A stretch of DNA of 64,000 bases from an uncultured Clostridium sp. (GCA_945949485.1 CAMFER010000002.1:18761-82760), one strand, 5' to 3'. Numbered from the stretch's first letter, positions 33,050-43,367 are shown. A program made the numbers and translations. Notes: generated from the letters alone by a model not told the origin.

Positions 33050-34504
33050 TCATTCCTTTTTTGTTTTCTTTGGATATATAGTTACTAATTTTCCCGTTTC
33101 TGTATTTATTATTATTGTACAATTTTTCCCCTTTATTTGTTGCGTTTTATTAGTTCTAATTTTACCATACTTTATTGGATTTTTCAATGCATCCTGTATA
33201 TCTTCAAAACTTATATTTCTTGCATATGTCCTTGATATTATATGTTCCCCAATTTCCGTAATTTTTATATTATTTACTTTCATTCCTATTATATCGCTAG
33301 TGTTGTATTTACTAGCTATTTTAGTAACATTAGCAACTTGAGTACTAATATTCTTGTCTTGTTTTCCAGTATATAATCTCGTATTATCTTTTGTTAATGA
33401 TGTTTGTCGTATGAAGTTATCTAATTCATTCTGGTGTGCTTTATATATTAATGATTGTTTAGAGAATTGCGTTCTTGTATCCTCTATTAATTTATTATCT
33501 GCCGTCTTAGATTTTATAATTCCTTGCAATCCAGCTAATGTTTTCTTATCTTGCCTTATCTGTCTTTCCATTTTTCTTTGAATTTGTGTTGCCTCATATT
33601 TATTTATTTTCTTACTATTATATGTAACTGTTTCATTTTGCCATTTTTTCAATTGCTCTTGTGTATATGCTCTAGTAGATCCTTTATAGTATGGATGCCA
33701 ATCATGCCTACAGTTGACTCCTTTAAATCCAGTTACTGTACCATATCCTATATCATCTAAACTCAAATAACCTTTTTTACCAGTTCTACTAACTATTTTT
33801 CCTTGCCATTCTGCATGAGAAGGTCTTGCTCCTGAATGTGCCGTTAATTCCATTAAGTCCCAGCCCAACTCATTTGCTCTTAATTCTTGTAGTTTACCAC
33901 AAGTCTGATTAACTCCAGTTATAATGTTCATTCTTGCAGCACTCTCTAAACTCATTTTACGGCCACTAGGATAGGTTATGACTCCACCTATATCAGATAC
34001 ATTATTTATTGCATCTATAATTGATTGTGAGTAACTTTTTACTCCTGTACTTACTTCCATATAAGCTTTATTCATAGCATTATAAAATGATGTTTGTGAG
34101 TTAGTTGCCGTTGTCATAACTAAATTTTGTAGATTTCCTGCTGTCTTCTTTATAGTAGCATTTAATATTTGTACCATATTTGGACTTTGATTAATAGGTA
34201 ATGGATTTAATCCTGCTTCTGTATAAATTTTGTCATCAAATTTTAATGTTTTTATTCCTGCATTATTAAATATTTCTGATACTCTTTCATAAGTTGTATT
34301 GTTATATTCTGCTACTAATTTTATTATATCTTGATATAAAAAGCCCATTTCTTGAGCAATTTTTATATCATTTAAAACTACAGTATTAGCATATCCATAA
34401 TTAGCTATTCTTGTTGCTATTTCTTCAATTATCTGTAGTTCTAAATTTTGATATATTCCTATTGCTTGTTTTTCTATTTTTATAAAGTCTTTTTCAGTTA
34501 GCAT
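33050..34504 (-). CDS. phage head morphogenesis protein (SPP1 gp7/Mu F-like)
   Basis: 484 aa, downstream of the portal gene. Basic C-terminus. Confidence 0.6.
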   Translation of the reverse strand: MLTEKDFIKIEKQAIGIYQNLELQIIEEIATRIANYGYANTVVLNDIKIAQEMGFLYQDIIKLVAEYNNTTYERVSEIFNNAGIKTLKFDDKIYTEAGLNPLPINQSPNMVQILNATIKKTAGNLQNLVMTTATNSQTSFYNAMNKAYMEVSTGVKSYSQSIIDAINNVSDIGGVITYPSGRKMSLESAARMNIITGVNQTCGKLQELRANELGWDLMELTAHSGARPSHAEWQGKIVSRTGKKGYLSLDDIGYGTVTGFKGVNCRHDWHPYYKGSTRAYTQEQLKKWQNETVTYNSKKINKYEATQIQRKMERQIRQDKKTLAGLQGIIKSKTADNKLIEDTRTQFSKQSLIYKAHQNELDNFIRQTSLTKDNTRLYTGKQDKNISTQVANVTKIASKYNTSDIIGMKVNNIKITEIGEHIISRTYARNISFEDIQDALKNPIKYGKIRTNKTQQIKGKNCTIIINTETGKLVTIYPKKTKKE

Positions 34505-34505
34505 A

Positions 34506-34796
34506 TTATAATTCCTTTATATATTTTCCATATTTTAAAGCTACTTCATGCTCTATTTTACAACCTCTTGCATTTTCCCAGCCTTGCATGAATACTACTG
34601 CATCTACTTTTCCTATATATCTTATAGATTGTGATAACATAAATATTGCTACATCTTCATCAGCTGGTGCATTTTCAAACACAGTATCTACTACTTCATG
34701 CCCTTCTTCCTGTAATCCTTTTACTAATTCTGCTCTTTCTTCTCTAATTTGTTCGTTTGTTTTACCTTTCATAGGTTGACTTATCATTATTTTCAT
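34506..34796 (-). CDS. phage hypothetical protein
   Basis: 96 aa. Confidence 0.4.
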   Translation of the reverse strand: MKIMISQPMKGKTNEQIREERAELVKGLQEEGHEVVDTVFENAPADEDVAIFMLSQSIRYIGKVDAVVFMQGWENARGCKIEHEVALKYGKYIKEL

Positions 34797-34798
34797 TA

Positions 34799-36238
34799 TT
34801 ATTCCTCCTCTATATTTTTGGTAAATCCAAAAGCTTCTTGATTGCTCATTTTTTCTTCTCGTATTCTTGCAAGTTCTTCCTCTGCTTCTTGTTCACTCAT
34901 TCCTTTTATATCCATTAAGTATTTCTTTTTACTCATTAATCCTTGATTTACTTCTGCTTGAGCCCTAACTGCTTGTACATTCTTATCTTCAATTATTGAA
35001 TCATCTGGTATAACTGATATTTTATTTGTTTTTATTCCCTCTAATTCGCATACTGCTTTCACCAAGTCATAAACGCAATCATTTATTATTGCTAAATAAT
35101 GTTCTCTTGTTCTAAATGTTTTGCTATTTTCGCTTATTACTTCTGTCGCTGTTTTTACACCTGTTCCATCAAATTTGTAATATCCTTCGTCTAGTCCTAT
35201 ATTGCCAGCAAGCCACATTAAATCAGCATTTATACTATCAATATGTTCTTGATATCTTAATTTCATGTCTATTTCTTTTACAGGATCTTTCATATCCGCA
35301 TTTATACCAACATATACCCTATCATTTTTATCAAAATACTGTACAAAATGACTATCTCCTGTATCTGGATTAACTTCCATTTTCCCTTTCATAGCTGATT
35401 GGTCTACAAGTATTCTTTTTTTGCCTAAGATAAATTCATTATAAAAACTGTCATATTTAACATCCAATGATTTTAATCTATCAACACTATTTGCAAATAT
35501 ACTTATTCCCATTGGACTTGATGTGTCAAAATTATTTGCTAAATTTGGTTTCCATATTTGGAAGTGAGGGTTGTTAGTTATTATTACATCACTTTCTTTA
35601 ATATTTGGAAATGTAGAATTGAAATCTATTTGCTTTCCTAATGCTGTTTCAATAGTTGATTTATATAATTCATTTAACTTTATATATTTATCTCCTAGAA
35701 ATTCATGATATGTAATATGAGTATAATAAATCTTATTCTTTCCTTTTTTCTCTGCAAATCTGCTTATCGTTATCATTCCGCTTATATATGAGTTTGTAAA
35801 CTTGTATGGAATTATTACATCTCCATCTATGTAGTCTATTGTTGTCTTTCCGTTTTCATCTTTGTATTCGACAGTAACTCCGTTTCCTAGTGCAAACATT
35901 TTCTCAAGAAAAATAGGAAGATTAACAGTTAAAGAATTTTCTTTACTATCTAATACTTCCCATAGTTTTTCTGTTGCTTTTTTATTGCTTAATTCTATTC
36001 TTGTTTTTTCAGTCCAACATAACTTTGACATATCTTCGCAAATTTTTTTAGCCATATTCATTGTTAGTCTTTCACACTGCACTGATTTTCCGCCTATAAT
36101 TTCATTGTAATAATGAAAATCATTTACATTTCCTCTATACCAACTTTTCCAAATAGCCATAAAATCATATATTGTTCCTACTGTTAAGTTTACTCCTTTT
36201 TTACTTAGCGATTCTTGTATATTGTTATATAGCTCCAT
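34799..36238 (-). CDS. phage portal protein
   Basis: 479 aa, directly downstream of the terminase. Confidence 0.7.
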   Translation of the reverse strand: MELYNNIQESLSKKGVNLTVGTIYDFMAIWKSWYRGNVNDFHYYNEIIGGKSVQCERLTMNMAKKICEDMSKLCWTEKTRIELSNKKATEKLWEVLDSKENSLTVNLPIFLEKMFALGNGVTVEYKDENGKTTIDYIDGDVIIPYKFTNSYISGMITISRFAEKKGKNKIYYTHITYHEFLGDKYIKLNELYKSTIETALGKQIDFNSTFPNIKESDVIITNNPHFQIWKPNLANNFDTSSPMGISIFANSVDRLKSLDVKYDSFYNEFILGKKRILVDQSAMKGKMEVNPDTGDSHFVQYFDKNDRVYVGINADMKDPVKEIDMKLRYQEHIDSINADLMWLAGNIGLDEGYYKFDGTGVKTATEVISENSKTFRTREHYLAIINDCVYDLVKAVCELEGIKTNKISVIPDDSIIEDKNVQAVRAQAEVNQGLMSKKKYLMDIKGMSEQEAEEELARIREEKMSNQEAFGFTKNIEEE

Positions 36239-36247
36239 TATTTCCTC

Positions 36248-37643
36248 CTAATTTTTCAAACCAAGTTTTTGTAGATTTCTTTTTATCCAGTATTGGAATT
36301 GATCTTGTGTGTGGTCTGCATAGCTGTAGGCATAATCTTTAGTATAAGTATTGTAATATTTTTCAGAACTTAAAAAAGCCTTCTCCATTTTATCTGGAGT
36401 TGGCTTTCCTTTTTCTACACTATCTTTTAACCACATATAATTTTCATTTTCTTTTTTAAATATTTGATTATTGTTATTGTTTAACACTCTAAACTTCTTT
36501 TTAGCTATAAAATCTTGTGAATAATCTATTAATTGTTCCTTATTGGTCCCCTTGTCAACTGGGGTTAATCTTTTTCCATAATCTTTAAAAAACTGATTTC
36601 TTAATGCTCCGCTCTGCACTATCTATTGTTTCTGTATCTATTCCTGTTTTATATTTTTTAGTAAGAGTCATTTCAAAATTAAAAATATCCTTGCTTAACT
36701 CACTTGGTGATTTTTTATTTGGTTTTTCATTTGGACTATAATAATAAGTATCTAATAAATACCAATACCCATCATTTCCAAATCCATATCCCCCACAAGT
36801 AGTTGCTGATGTTTGATGTCCAGAGTCTATGGAAAAGTCTATATATAATATTCTTATGTTATTCTTCTCTATATAATCTTCATCTACATATTCTATTAAA
36901 TCTGGATTGTAAATAAGTCCTTCCAGTCCTATTACTTCTCCTAGATAAATCCATCTATAACGTTTTTCATCATTTTTCTTCATCTCTTCGGCTTGCTCGA
37001 TAAATATTTTCCCAAGCCATTTTTCAGGTACAGTTCTGTAGTCTGATTGTGTAACAATACAGTCTTTTCTTTTACTCATTTGCTCTGCCCATTGATTTAC
37101 CCAATGAAATTTGTTTTTTGGGGGATTAAATGAATATAAAACTATAAACCAATCATCATTTCCTCTTGTAAAAGTTGCAACAATTTGATCTATGTCGTCA
37201 GGTCCATCAAATTCTGTTAGTTCTTCAAACCACAATATCTTAACTGAATTATCTTCATCTATCATACCTTTTATTTTTTCATAGTCATCTCCACCAGCAA
37301 AATATATATTGTTTTTATTGTTTAAATGAATTTCTAGTGGACTTTTGAAAGCTTCGTAATCTTTTCCATCTTCTAAATGAAATCTTTTTAAAGCTCTTTT
37401 TATTTCTTTATATACTGAATTTCTTAATGTGTTTTGATATCTTCTTATTATTACAGCACTACAACTTTTAAATTGTTCACAAAATAATGATACTTTTAAG
37501 CTATTTTTACTTGTCTTTGTGCTTCCCCTTCCACCTTTATCAATCTGATGTGTAACTTTTGAATTAAAAGTATTCCAAAAATGTGGTGCTACTATTTCTT
37601 TTAGTCTAACCTGTTTCATTATCATCACCATCTGGTAAATCAT
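36248..37643 (-). CDS. terL: terminase large subunit; needs a +1 shift at CGG (CCG 36609-36611)
   Basis: ATPase N-terminus in ORF 36585..37643. At GAG CGG A the +1 frame continues SAE-GALRNQFFKDY... into ORF 36248..36619, giving a normal ~462-aa TerL with nuclease domain. Confidence 0.75.
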
Positions 37644-38013
37644 TTATAATTTCTATTCTATCGTTGTCGTTTGATGTCTGCTCATCTTGAACTATTTTTC
37701 TAATTTCTTGAACTGCTTGTATTTTTTGATTTCCGTTTCCTATTGCTGTTTTCCAAAGAGATATAATCATAGCCATTTGATTATCTATACTCTCTTTAGG
37801 TATTCCTAGTTCAGTTAACATTTCTGCTACATCATTTCCATTATTATCTTTTAAATTAAACGGCAATGATAAAAGCATTTCCATTTGTTCTTTCATTGCT
37901 TTTCTTTGTCTACGAACTTCTCCTGATTTCTTTCCACCTTTTGAACCATTTTTCTTGGCTTCTTCTCGGCTTTGATTACTTGTAAATGGTATTAAGTTTT
38001 GTTCATTAGCCAT
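37606..38013 (-). CDS. terS: terminase small subunit
   Basis: Basic DNA-binding N-terminus (GSKGGKKSGEVRRQRKAMKEQ). Start MANEQ after GGAGGTGGAGG. Confidence 0.55.
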   Translation of the reverse strand: MANEQNLIPFTSNQSREEAKKNGSKGGKKSGEVRRQRKAMKEQMEMLLSLPFNLKDNNGNDVAEMLTELGIPKESIDNQMAMIISLWKTAIGNGNQKIQAVQEIRKIVQDEQTSNDNDRIEIINDLPDGDDNETG

Positions 38014-38023
38014 CAACCTCCAC

Positions 38024-38335
38024 CTACTTTGTTTTTTCCTCATACTTTTCTATAACTTCATTTATAAAATTATTACTGCTTGCTATAATTTCGCACACTT
38101 CTTCATAACTATATTTATTACTATCATCTTGTCTATGTCCATATTCATATAGCCATACATGTACTAATTCATGTTTTAAACTTTTTATTAGATTAGCTTG
38201 TTCTTTTAATAAAAAAATTTTTTGTTCTATATAAACAGTTAATCCCATTGTATAATCATTTTCTGCTTTTTGTCGCATTTTTTCTTTTCCTATTTCTTCT
38301 ATTACCCATTCTGTATCATTAATTTTAAATTTCAT
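38024..38335 (-). CDS. small HExxH metallopeptidase-like protein
   Basis: 103 aa with HELVHVWLYEYGH. Confidence 0.4.
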   Translation of the reverse strand: MKFKINDTEWVIEEIGKEKMRQKAENDYTMGLTVYIEQKIFLLKEQANLIKSLKHELVHVWLYEYGHRQDDSNKYSYEEVCEIIASSNNFINEVIEKYEEKTK

Positions 38336-38559
38336 TTATCTATTCCTTCCATAATAGGTTTGTTTCTTTTTGCTGTTACATTTATCTTTATTTTATCTTT
38401 ATAGCCTTCTTGTTTTTTCTCTCTTTCATAATAGATGCATTTCAGTGTTCCATCCATCTTTTCTCTAATATCACACAAATCTGTTGTTCTGTTTTTACAG
38501 TTCTTGTAGTTTTCTTGTATATATTTTTTAAAACGTTCTTCATTTGTCATATTTATCAC
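38332..38559 (-). CDS. phage hypothetical protein
   Basis: 75 aa, Cys-containing (CKNRTTDLCD...CIYYE). Confidence 0.35.
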   Translation of the reverse strand: MINMTNEERFKKYIQENYKNCKNRTTDLCDIREKMDGTLKCIYYEREKKQEGYKDKIKINVTAKRNKPIMEGIDK

Positions 38560-38750
38560 CTTTTTTTATTGGCGACAGAGTGAGGTGTCGATCCCCAAGC
38601 ATTTTATAACTCCAACTGTTTTCAAGACAGTGCTTACAGCCGTGTAAGTTACTCTGTCAAATATTAGAGCTTGCTAGGAAAACTCTGTGTTCTACTTTTG
38701 GTTTCTGAAAGGAGGTACATCAATTAGTACTTTACCTAGCATTGTATTTA
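38560..38750 (-). other. GC-richer non-coding element with nested hairpins closed by a long-range 8-bp stem (candidate regulatory RNA or packaging site)
   Basis: No ORF above 20 codons on either strand. GACAGAGT...ACTCTGTC encloses TTACA-cggc-TGTAA and GACAG...CTGTC hairpins. Confidence 0.3.
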
Positions 38751-38751
38751 C

Positions 38752-38991
38752 CTAAATAATTTCACAAATTATCTTTAATTCTTCTAATATGTCTGTAATT
38801 ATTCCTGATTGTTTTCCTACTTTACCATTAATAGTATTTTGTTCGGGTTCTAACTCTCCTCTTACTCTTTGAGCTAATGGCATACTTCCATTTATTCTAC
38901 TTTTAATTTCTCCTGCCATTCCTAAAATTTCATGTAATCTTTTCTCATTCTCGCTTAAGTTATCTAATGCATTATTTCTTTTTTCTTCCAT
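38752..38991 (-). CDS. phage hypothetical protein
   Basis: 79 aa. Confidence 0.4.
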   Translation of the reverse strand: MEEKRNNALDNLSENEKRLHEILGMAGEIKSRINGSMPLAQRVRGELEPEQNTINGKVGKQSGIITDILEELKIICEII

Positions 38992-38993
38992 TA

Positions 38994-39224
38994 CTATTCC
39001 TCCCTTGTTATTCCTTTTATTGCCCAGAATTGAGCTTCTTCTAATTTTGTCATTACAAGTGACGTTTCCCTACTTGGTTTACAGTTTGTTTCTACTTCAT
39101 CATATACATTTGAAAAAACATCTCTAATATGTTGTATTCTATTATTTTTTTCTTCATCTACTGCTAAATATTTTGCCCTATCATTCATTTCTATTCCTCC
39201 TAACAAACTAAAAAGAGTAAACAT
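38994..39224 (-). CDS. phage hypothetical protein
   Basis: 76 aa with TKLEEAQFWAIKGI. Confidence 0.4.
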   Translation of the reverse strand: MFTLFSLLGGIEMNDRAKYLAVDEEKNNRIQHIRDVFSNVYDEVETNCKPSRETSLVMTKLEEAQFWAIKGITREE

Positions 39225-39274
39225 TAATAATAACGTTTACTCTTCTTAAAATACCCTTTATTCTTTGTAGGGTT

Positions 39275-39351
39275 TGGTTGCAAAGGTAAGATTCGAACTT
39301 ACGACCTTTTGAGTATGAGCCAAACGAGATAGACCACTTCTCTACTTTGCA
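39275..39351 (-). tRNA. phage-encoded tRNA with CAU anticodon (elongator Met or Ile2)
   Basis: Clean cloverleaf: acceptor TGCAAAG/CTTTGCA, D-stem GAGA/TCTC, anticodon stem TTTGG/TCAAA with loop CUCAUAC, T-loop TTCGAAT, CCA encoded. Confidence 0.75.
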
Positions 39352-39498
39352 ATGTATAGCTGTGATTTTTTAACTATCACAGCAAATTTTTTAAAATAAA
39401 GATTGAAGCCTTTTGTCTTTCGACAATTTTACTATTGTTATTATACTATATATAAATACTAATTAATACCTCAAAAAGAGGGCAAAAACAGGGGAACT

Positions 39499-39978
39499 TT
39501 ATAAATTTATCATTTTTTGTGTTGCTTTATCTACAATTGTTTTAATTGTATCTTTATCTCTAGTTTGATTAAATAATTTAAAATATAAATTATTTCCTAT
39601 ATCCTCATAAGTTCTTCCTTCTATATGATATGCATATAACAGTTCTCTTTCTTTATATCTTAATCCTTCTAATCTATCATCTACTGATTCTACTTTATCT
39701 CTTAATTCTTTTACCGTTTCTTCTAAATCGTTGATTTCCTCTTTTAATTCTCTTTTTTTACTGTCATTTTCTTCTACTTGTCTTCCTACTTTATCAGAAA
39801 TTTTATTCTTACTATGTATATCTTGATTTAATCCATATGCTACAGACAAACTAACATCTACCTCTTCTAATGATTTTAGTTTTATCCTTGCAAGTTTTAA
39901 TTCTTTTAATCTTATATTTAATTTAGCTTTGTTCTCTTTATAACTTTTTAATAATTCTATTAATTCAGATTTGGTCAT
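39499..39978 (-). CDS. ArpU-like late gene transcriptional regulator (sigma region-4-like)
   Basis: 159 aa with C-terminal RTYEDIGNNL... segment. Located upstream of the packaging module. Confidence 0.4.
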   Translation of the reverse strand: MTKSELIELLKSYKENKAKLNIRLKELKLARIKLKSLEEVDVSLSVAYGLNQDIHSKNKISDKVGRQVEENDSKKRELKEEINDLEETVKELRDKVESVDDRLEGLRYKERELLYAYHIEGRTYEDIGNNLYFKLFNQTRDKDTIKTIVDKATQKMINL

Positions 39979-39987
39979 TTGTACCTC

Positions 39988-40179
39988 CTAATATGTTTTT
40001 AATAAATTTTCTAATCTCTTGAGCTTTTGTTTATGTTTGCTCATTTCAAAACTTACATCTGTCTTTCTACATTCTTTATCTATCAATTCATAAATAATAT
40101 CTACTACTTTATCGGTGCTATTGCTATATTCTTCTACTGCTCTTATTAGGCTTTCTGTTTTTCGCTTTTCTTTTGTCAT
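39988..40179 (-). CDS. phage hypothetical protein
   Basis: 63 aa ORF with RBS. Confidence 0.35.
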   Translation of the reverse strand: MTKEKRKTESLIRAVEEYSNSTDKVVDIIYELIDKECRKTDVSFEMSKHKQKLKRLENLLKTY

Positions 40180-40187
40180 GTTATCAC

Positions 40188-40430
40188 TTACTTTCTTCTT
40201 GATATTCTTCTTAATTCTTTAGCAATAATTCTTATTGTTTCTGATAAGTCATTATCTCTTTTAAACATACATTTTGACATATTTATTATAGTTTCTTTTA
40301 GCTCTTTGTTTTCTCTTCGTAATTGATTTATTATTTTATCTTTGTTGTGTTCTTTAATTTTTTTTACTAAATCTTCCACATTACTTTTCCTCTCTTTCTT
40401 TAAAATAACATTCTTTAAATATATTGTCAC
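40188..40430 (-). CDS. phage hypothetical protein
   Basis: 80 aa, basic. Confidence 0.35.
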   Translation of the reverse strand: MTIYLKNVILKKERKSNVEDLVKKIKEHNKDKIINQLRRENKELKETIINMSKCMFKRDNDLSETIRIIAKELRRISRRK

Positions 40431-40614
40431 AGAATATTATATTTTCTGGTGTTACTTCTTCTACTTCTCCATTTTCATATTCTACTAATCCAACTTCATA
40501 CTCTTGCCCTATTAAATTCTTAATGTGTATCCATTTATGAAATAACGCTTTTTCATTTTTTACTATGCATGTTCTTAATTCCTGTTTTATTTCTATTTTG
40601 TTAATGCTTGCCAT
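40381..40614 (-). CDS. phage hypothetical protein
   Basis: 77 aa. Confidence 0.3.
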   Translation of the reverse strand: MASINKIEIKQELRTCIVKNEKALFHKWIHIKNLIGQEYEVGLVEYENGEVEEVTPENIIFCDNIFKECYFKEREEK

Positions 40615-40616
40615 CT

Positions 40617-40928
40617 TTACTTTTCCTCTCTTTCTTTATTTAGTTTGTTTACTGCTCGTATTATTTTATTCATTTTGCTATATATATCTAATCCTAAAAA
40701 TTCATCTTCGTTTATTTCTTCTATTTCTTTGTTTTCTTCTATTACAAATTCTATATCTATATTGCAAAGAAAACTTGTATCAAATTCTCCTGATATCCAA
40801 TTTAGTCTTTGATTTTTGTACTCTATTTTTGATATACAATTCCCTGTTAGTTCATCTATTACTTTTATTTTTGTATTGTCCTTTATTTGCCCACTATGTA
40901 TTTGTTCAGATAATTCATTTGCTTTCAT
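40617..40928 (-). CDS. phage hypothetical protein
   Basis: 103 aa. Confidence 0.35.
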   Translation of the reverse strand: MKANELSEQIHSGQIKDNTKIKVIDELTGNCISKIEYKNQRLNWISGEFDTSFLCNIDIEFVIEENKEIEEINEDEFLGLDIYSKMNKIIRAVNKLNKEREEK

Positions 40929-40970
40929 TATTTATTCTCCTTTCTCTTTTGCTAATTTTTCAAAATGTTT

Positions 40971-41339
40971 TTATGGAGCGATACCTTTATCCCAACTATA
41001 TGTATCTCCTGTTTCTTTATCATATACATAATTTTTAACCCATTCATCATATTTATCTTTTGTTAATTTTCTCACTATTTGGTCTATAACCCAAGCTTTA
41101 TGATGAGCTCCATCTATTCCTCCAAATTCAAATATTAAATCTAGTGCTTCTTCTATTTGATTATCTTTTTCTTCATTTTCTTTTTGTAGTTTAGTTATAA
41201 GATTTAAAGCTGTATCTGTGGCTTCTTGATATTTTTTAAGTTGTTCTAAAAACATTATAAATGTATTTCCATATAAAATACTTATTGATTTAAAATCTTT
41301 TAAATCTTCAATAGCTTTCTTTTCTTCTTCTGATAACAT
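40971..41339 (-). CDS. phage hypothetical protein
   Basis: 122 aa. Confidence 0.35.
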   Translation of the reverse strand: MLSEEEKKAIEDLKDFKSISILYGNTFIMFLEQLKKYQEATDTALNLITKLQKENEEKDNQIEEALDLIFEFGGIDGAHHKAWVIDQIVRKLTKDKYDEWVKNYVYDKETGDTYSWDKGIAP

Positions 41340-41341
41340 AG

Positions 41342-41626
41342 TTATTCCTCCTTCCTATTTTCTATTTCCATATCTATTAGTTTATCGATATATGTTTTTT
41401 CTTCTTCTATTGCTTTATCTATTATTTTTAACATTGTATATTTTGATATGTTTAATTTGTTTTTATCTTTTAATAAATGTGGTTCTGCATATCCATACCA
41501 GTGTTTTGTTTCTACTCTAAATCGTATTTTTTCAGTATCTGATTTATTTATTTTTTCTTTTAATTCATTTAATTCATTTATTGATTGTTGTTTTAAAAAT
41601 ATTGTATTGCTTATTTTATTATCCAA
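41342..41626 (-). CDS. phage hypothetical protein
   Basis: 94 aa. Confidence 0.35.
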   Translation of the reverse strand: MDNKISNTIFLKQQSINELNELKEKINKSDTEKIRFRVETKHWYGYAEPHLLKDKNKLNISKYTMLKIIDKAIEEEKTYIDKLIDMEIENRKEE

Positions 41627-41631
41627 TTAAA

Positions 41632-41901
41632 TCACTCCTCCTTTAAAAGTTTTTTAAAATAATTTACTCTTTCTCTGTCAATATGATTTTTAGGTTCGTT
41701 AAATTTTAATTCTATTATTCCTTTTTCAATTAATTCTCCTAATACTGCTACTGCTAAATAATTATCAATATATCTTCCCCTATATCCTAGTTCGTGTTTA
41801 AAATCTGCAATACATTCTATTCCTTCTAATTTACTTGTTGTTTCTAATACTTTTACTATTTTTTCTTTTAACTTATCTAATTCACTCATCTTTCCACACA
41901 C
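41632..41901 (-). CDS. phage hypothetical protein (possible winged-helix)
   Basis: 89 aa. Confidence 0.35.
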   Translation of the reverse strand: MCGKMSELDKLKEKIVKVLETTSKLEGIECIADFKHELGYRGRYIDNYLAVAVLGELIEKGIIELKFNEPKNHIDRERVNYFKKLLKEE

Positions 41902-42064
41902 CTTTAAACCAAAAATTATACATATTATCTATTGCTTCACTTAATACGCAACCAATATCAATGCTTATACAATAAAAAAATTCAAATACTACAATAATAA
42001 ATTTTATCATTATATAAATAGGAATTAATAAAATAGTTAATAGGTATTTAATTACTTTTAACAT
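41882..42064 (-). CDS. small phage membrane protein
   Basis: 60 aa, one or two TM. Confidence 0.3.
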   Translation of the reverse strand: MLKVIKYLLTILLIPIYIMIKFIIVVFEFFYCISIDIGCVLSEAIDNMYNFWFKGVWKDE

Positions 42065-42221
42065 CTTTTGTCATCTCCTTTTTTAAGTTTTGCTTTAACT
42101 TTCTTCTTGAATATCTATGCAATATTTCAGTATCTCCTTTACACCTTTTTACATATCTTGGGCAATTCCAATCTAACATTGTTGCTAATTTATTATTTTC
42201 TTTTTTAAATATGTCCATTAT

Positions 42222-42428
42222 TTATTCTCCTATTATCTTTATTCCTTTAAATTTGGCTATTTGTAGTTCTTCTTTTGTTATCCATTTTTGCCATTTTCCA
42301 CATTCTCCACAATATAATCCTCTTCTATTTCCTTGTATTTCTACAAATAATTTGTCACTTCCACATTTGTTACATTTTTCTTTCATTCTATTTATCTTTC
42401 CTTTCTTCCCATACAGGAAATCTATCAA
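42222..42428 (-). CDS. phage zinc-ribbon protein
   Basis: CNKCGS...CGECG. Confidence 0.35.
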   Translation of the reverse strand: MIDFLYGKKGKINRMKEKCNKCGSDKLFVEIQGNRRGLYCGECGKWQKWITKEELQIAKFKGIKIIGE

Positions 42429-42681
42429 TTATATTTTCTGCTCTTATTATTGGCTTTTCTTTTAACCATTTCCTTAACTCTTTTTCACATTCAGAGCATA
42501 AGTCAAAGTCTTTTTTTGCTGTGTATGTTTTTGAGTTATATTTGTAATATTTGTGTACTTTTCTACCTTGTCTATATGTATAATCAATTCTTTTATTACA
42601 TTTATCACAAACATATATTGGTCTATGTGTGTTTTTGCTTATATTCATTATCTTTCTCTCTTTCTCATAATAGTTCTTCAT
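42388..42681 (-). CDS. phage zinc-ribbon protein
   Basis: CDKCNK...CSECEKE. Confidence 0.35.
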   Translation of the reverse strand: MKNYYEKERKIMNISKNTHRPIYVCDKCNKRIDYTYRQGRKVHKYYKYNSKTYTAKKDFDLCSECEKELRKWLKEKPIIRAENIIDRFPVWEERKDK

Positions 42682-42901
42682 AATTATTTAATTGTATCTT
42701 TTGTTGATGTACTATTTCTTTTTGATTATCTAATTCAACTTGTAACTCAAATATTTTATTTTCTTTATTTTGTATCTCTAAATAATCTATTGCTAATCCT
42801 ATATACATACCTAATAAAAATAAAACTAATATTATAAATGCTGTTTTTATTTTTTTCTCTGTTTCGTACATCTTTTTATCAAAATATTTAGTTCTTTTCA
42901 T
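42665..42901 (-). CDS. small phage membrane protein
   Basis: Start MKRTKYF overlaps the RuvC stop as ATGA, with AGAGGAG upstream. One TM then coiled coil. Confidence 0.4.
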   Translation of the reverse strand: MKRTKYFDKKMYETEKKIKTAFIILVLFLLGMYIGLAIDYLEIQNKENKIFELQVELDNQKEIVHQQKIQLNNYEELL

Positions 42902-43367
42902 GTTATTTCTCCTCTCTTCTTCATATCTAAATATGTAACTCCAACTGCATAAGCTGACCATATATCTGCTTTAAATCCATAAAACCATCCGTGGATTTTT
43001 CTTTGTTCCTACAGGACCAAATCTATCTATCAAGGCTTGCCTTATATTGCTATCTTTAGCTTTCATAGAATGGCATATATTCATTTTCTCGTCTTTTCTA
43101 TATATATGCTCAACATCTACACTATTGAAATCAGCGATTTCTTTAAATCTTCCTATCCATACACAAGTATCAAAAACTGTTTTTCCTACTGCCATTCCAT
43201 AACTTGCTATCATCTCTATTACTAACAAATCATATTTTGCATTATATAAACCAATCCTTAAATTGTTATTATCAACTTTTCCAAACTCTAAAGGTTTGTA
43301 TGTATCTGCATCTATTAAACAATAAGCACTCTCTATATTTCCGTGGATCTATTGCTAATATTTCCAT
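42898..43367 (-). CDS. RuvC-like Holliday junction resolvase; needs two +1 shifts at CGG (CCG 43341-43343 and 42989-42991)
   Basis: MEILAIDP-GNIESAYCLID..., then ...KKNP-GWFYGFKADIWSAYAV (C-terminal catalytic Asp motif). The second shift ends exactly at an ATGA overlap with the next gene. RBS TGGAGG. Confidence 0.7.

Noticed and set aside
40565-41038. 157-aa plus-strand ORF, and similar plus-strand ORFs 42211..42837 and 44143..44862 in the prophage early region
   Set aside because: The translations are Leu/Phe-rich, typical of antisense AT-rich sequence. They overlap well-supported minus-strand genes, and there is no RBS.
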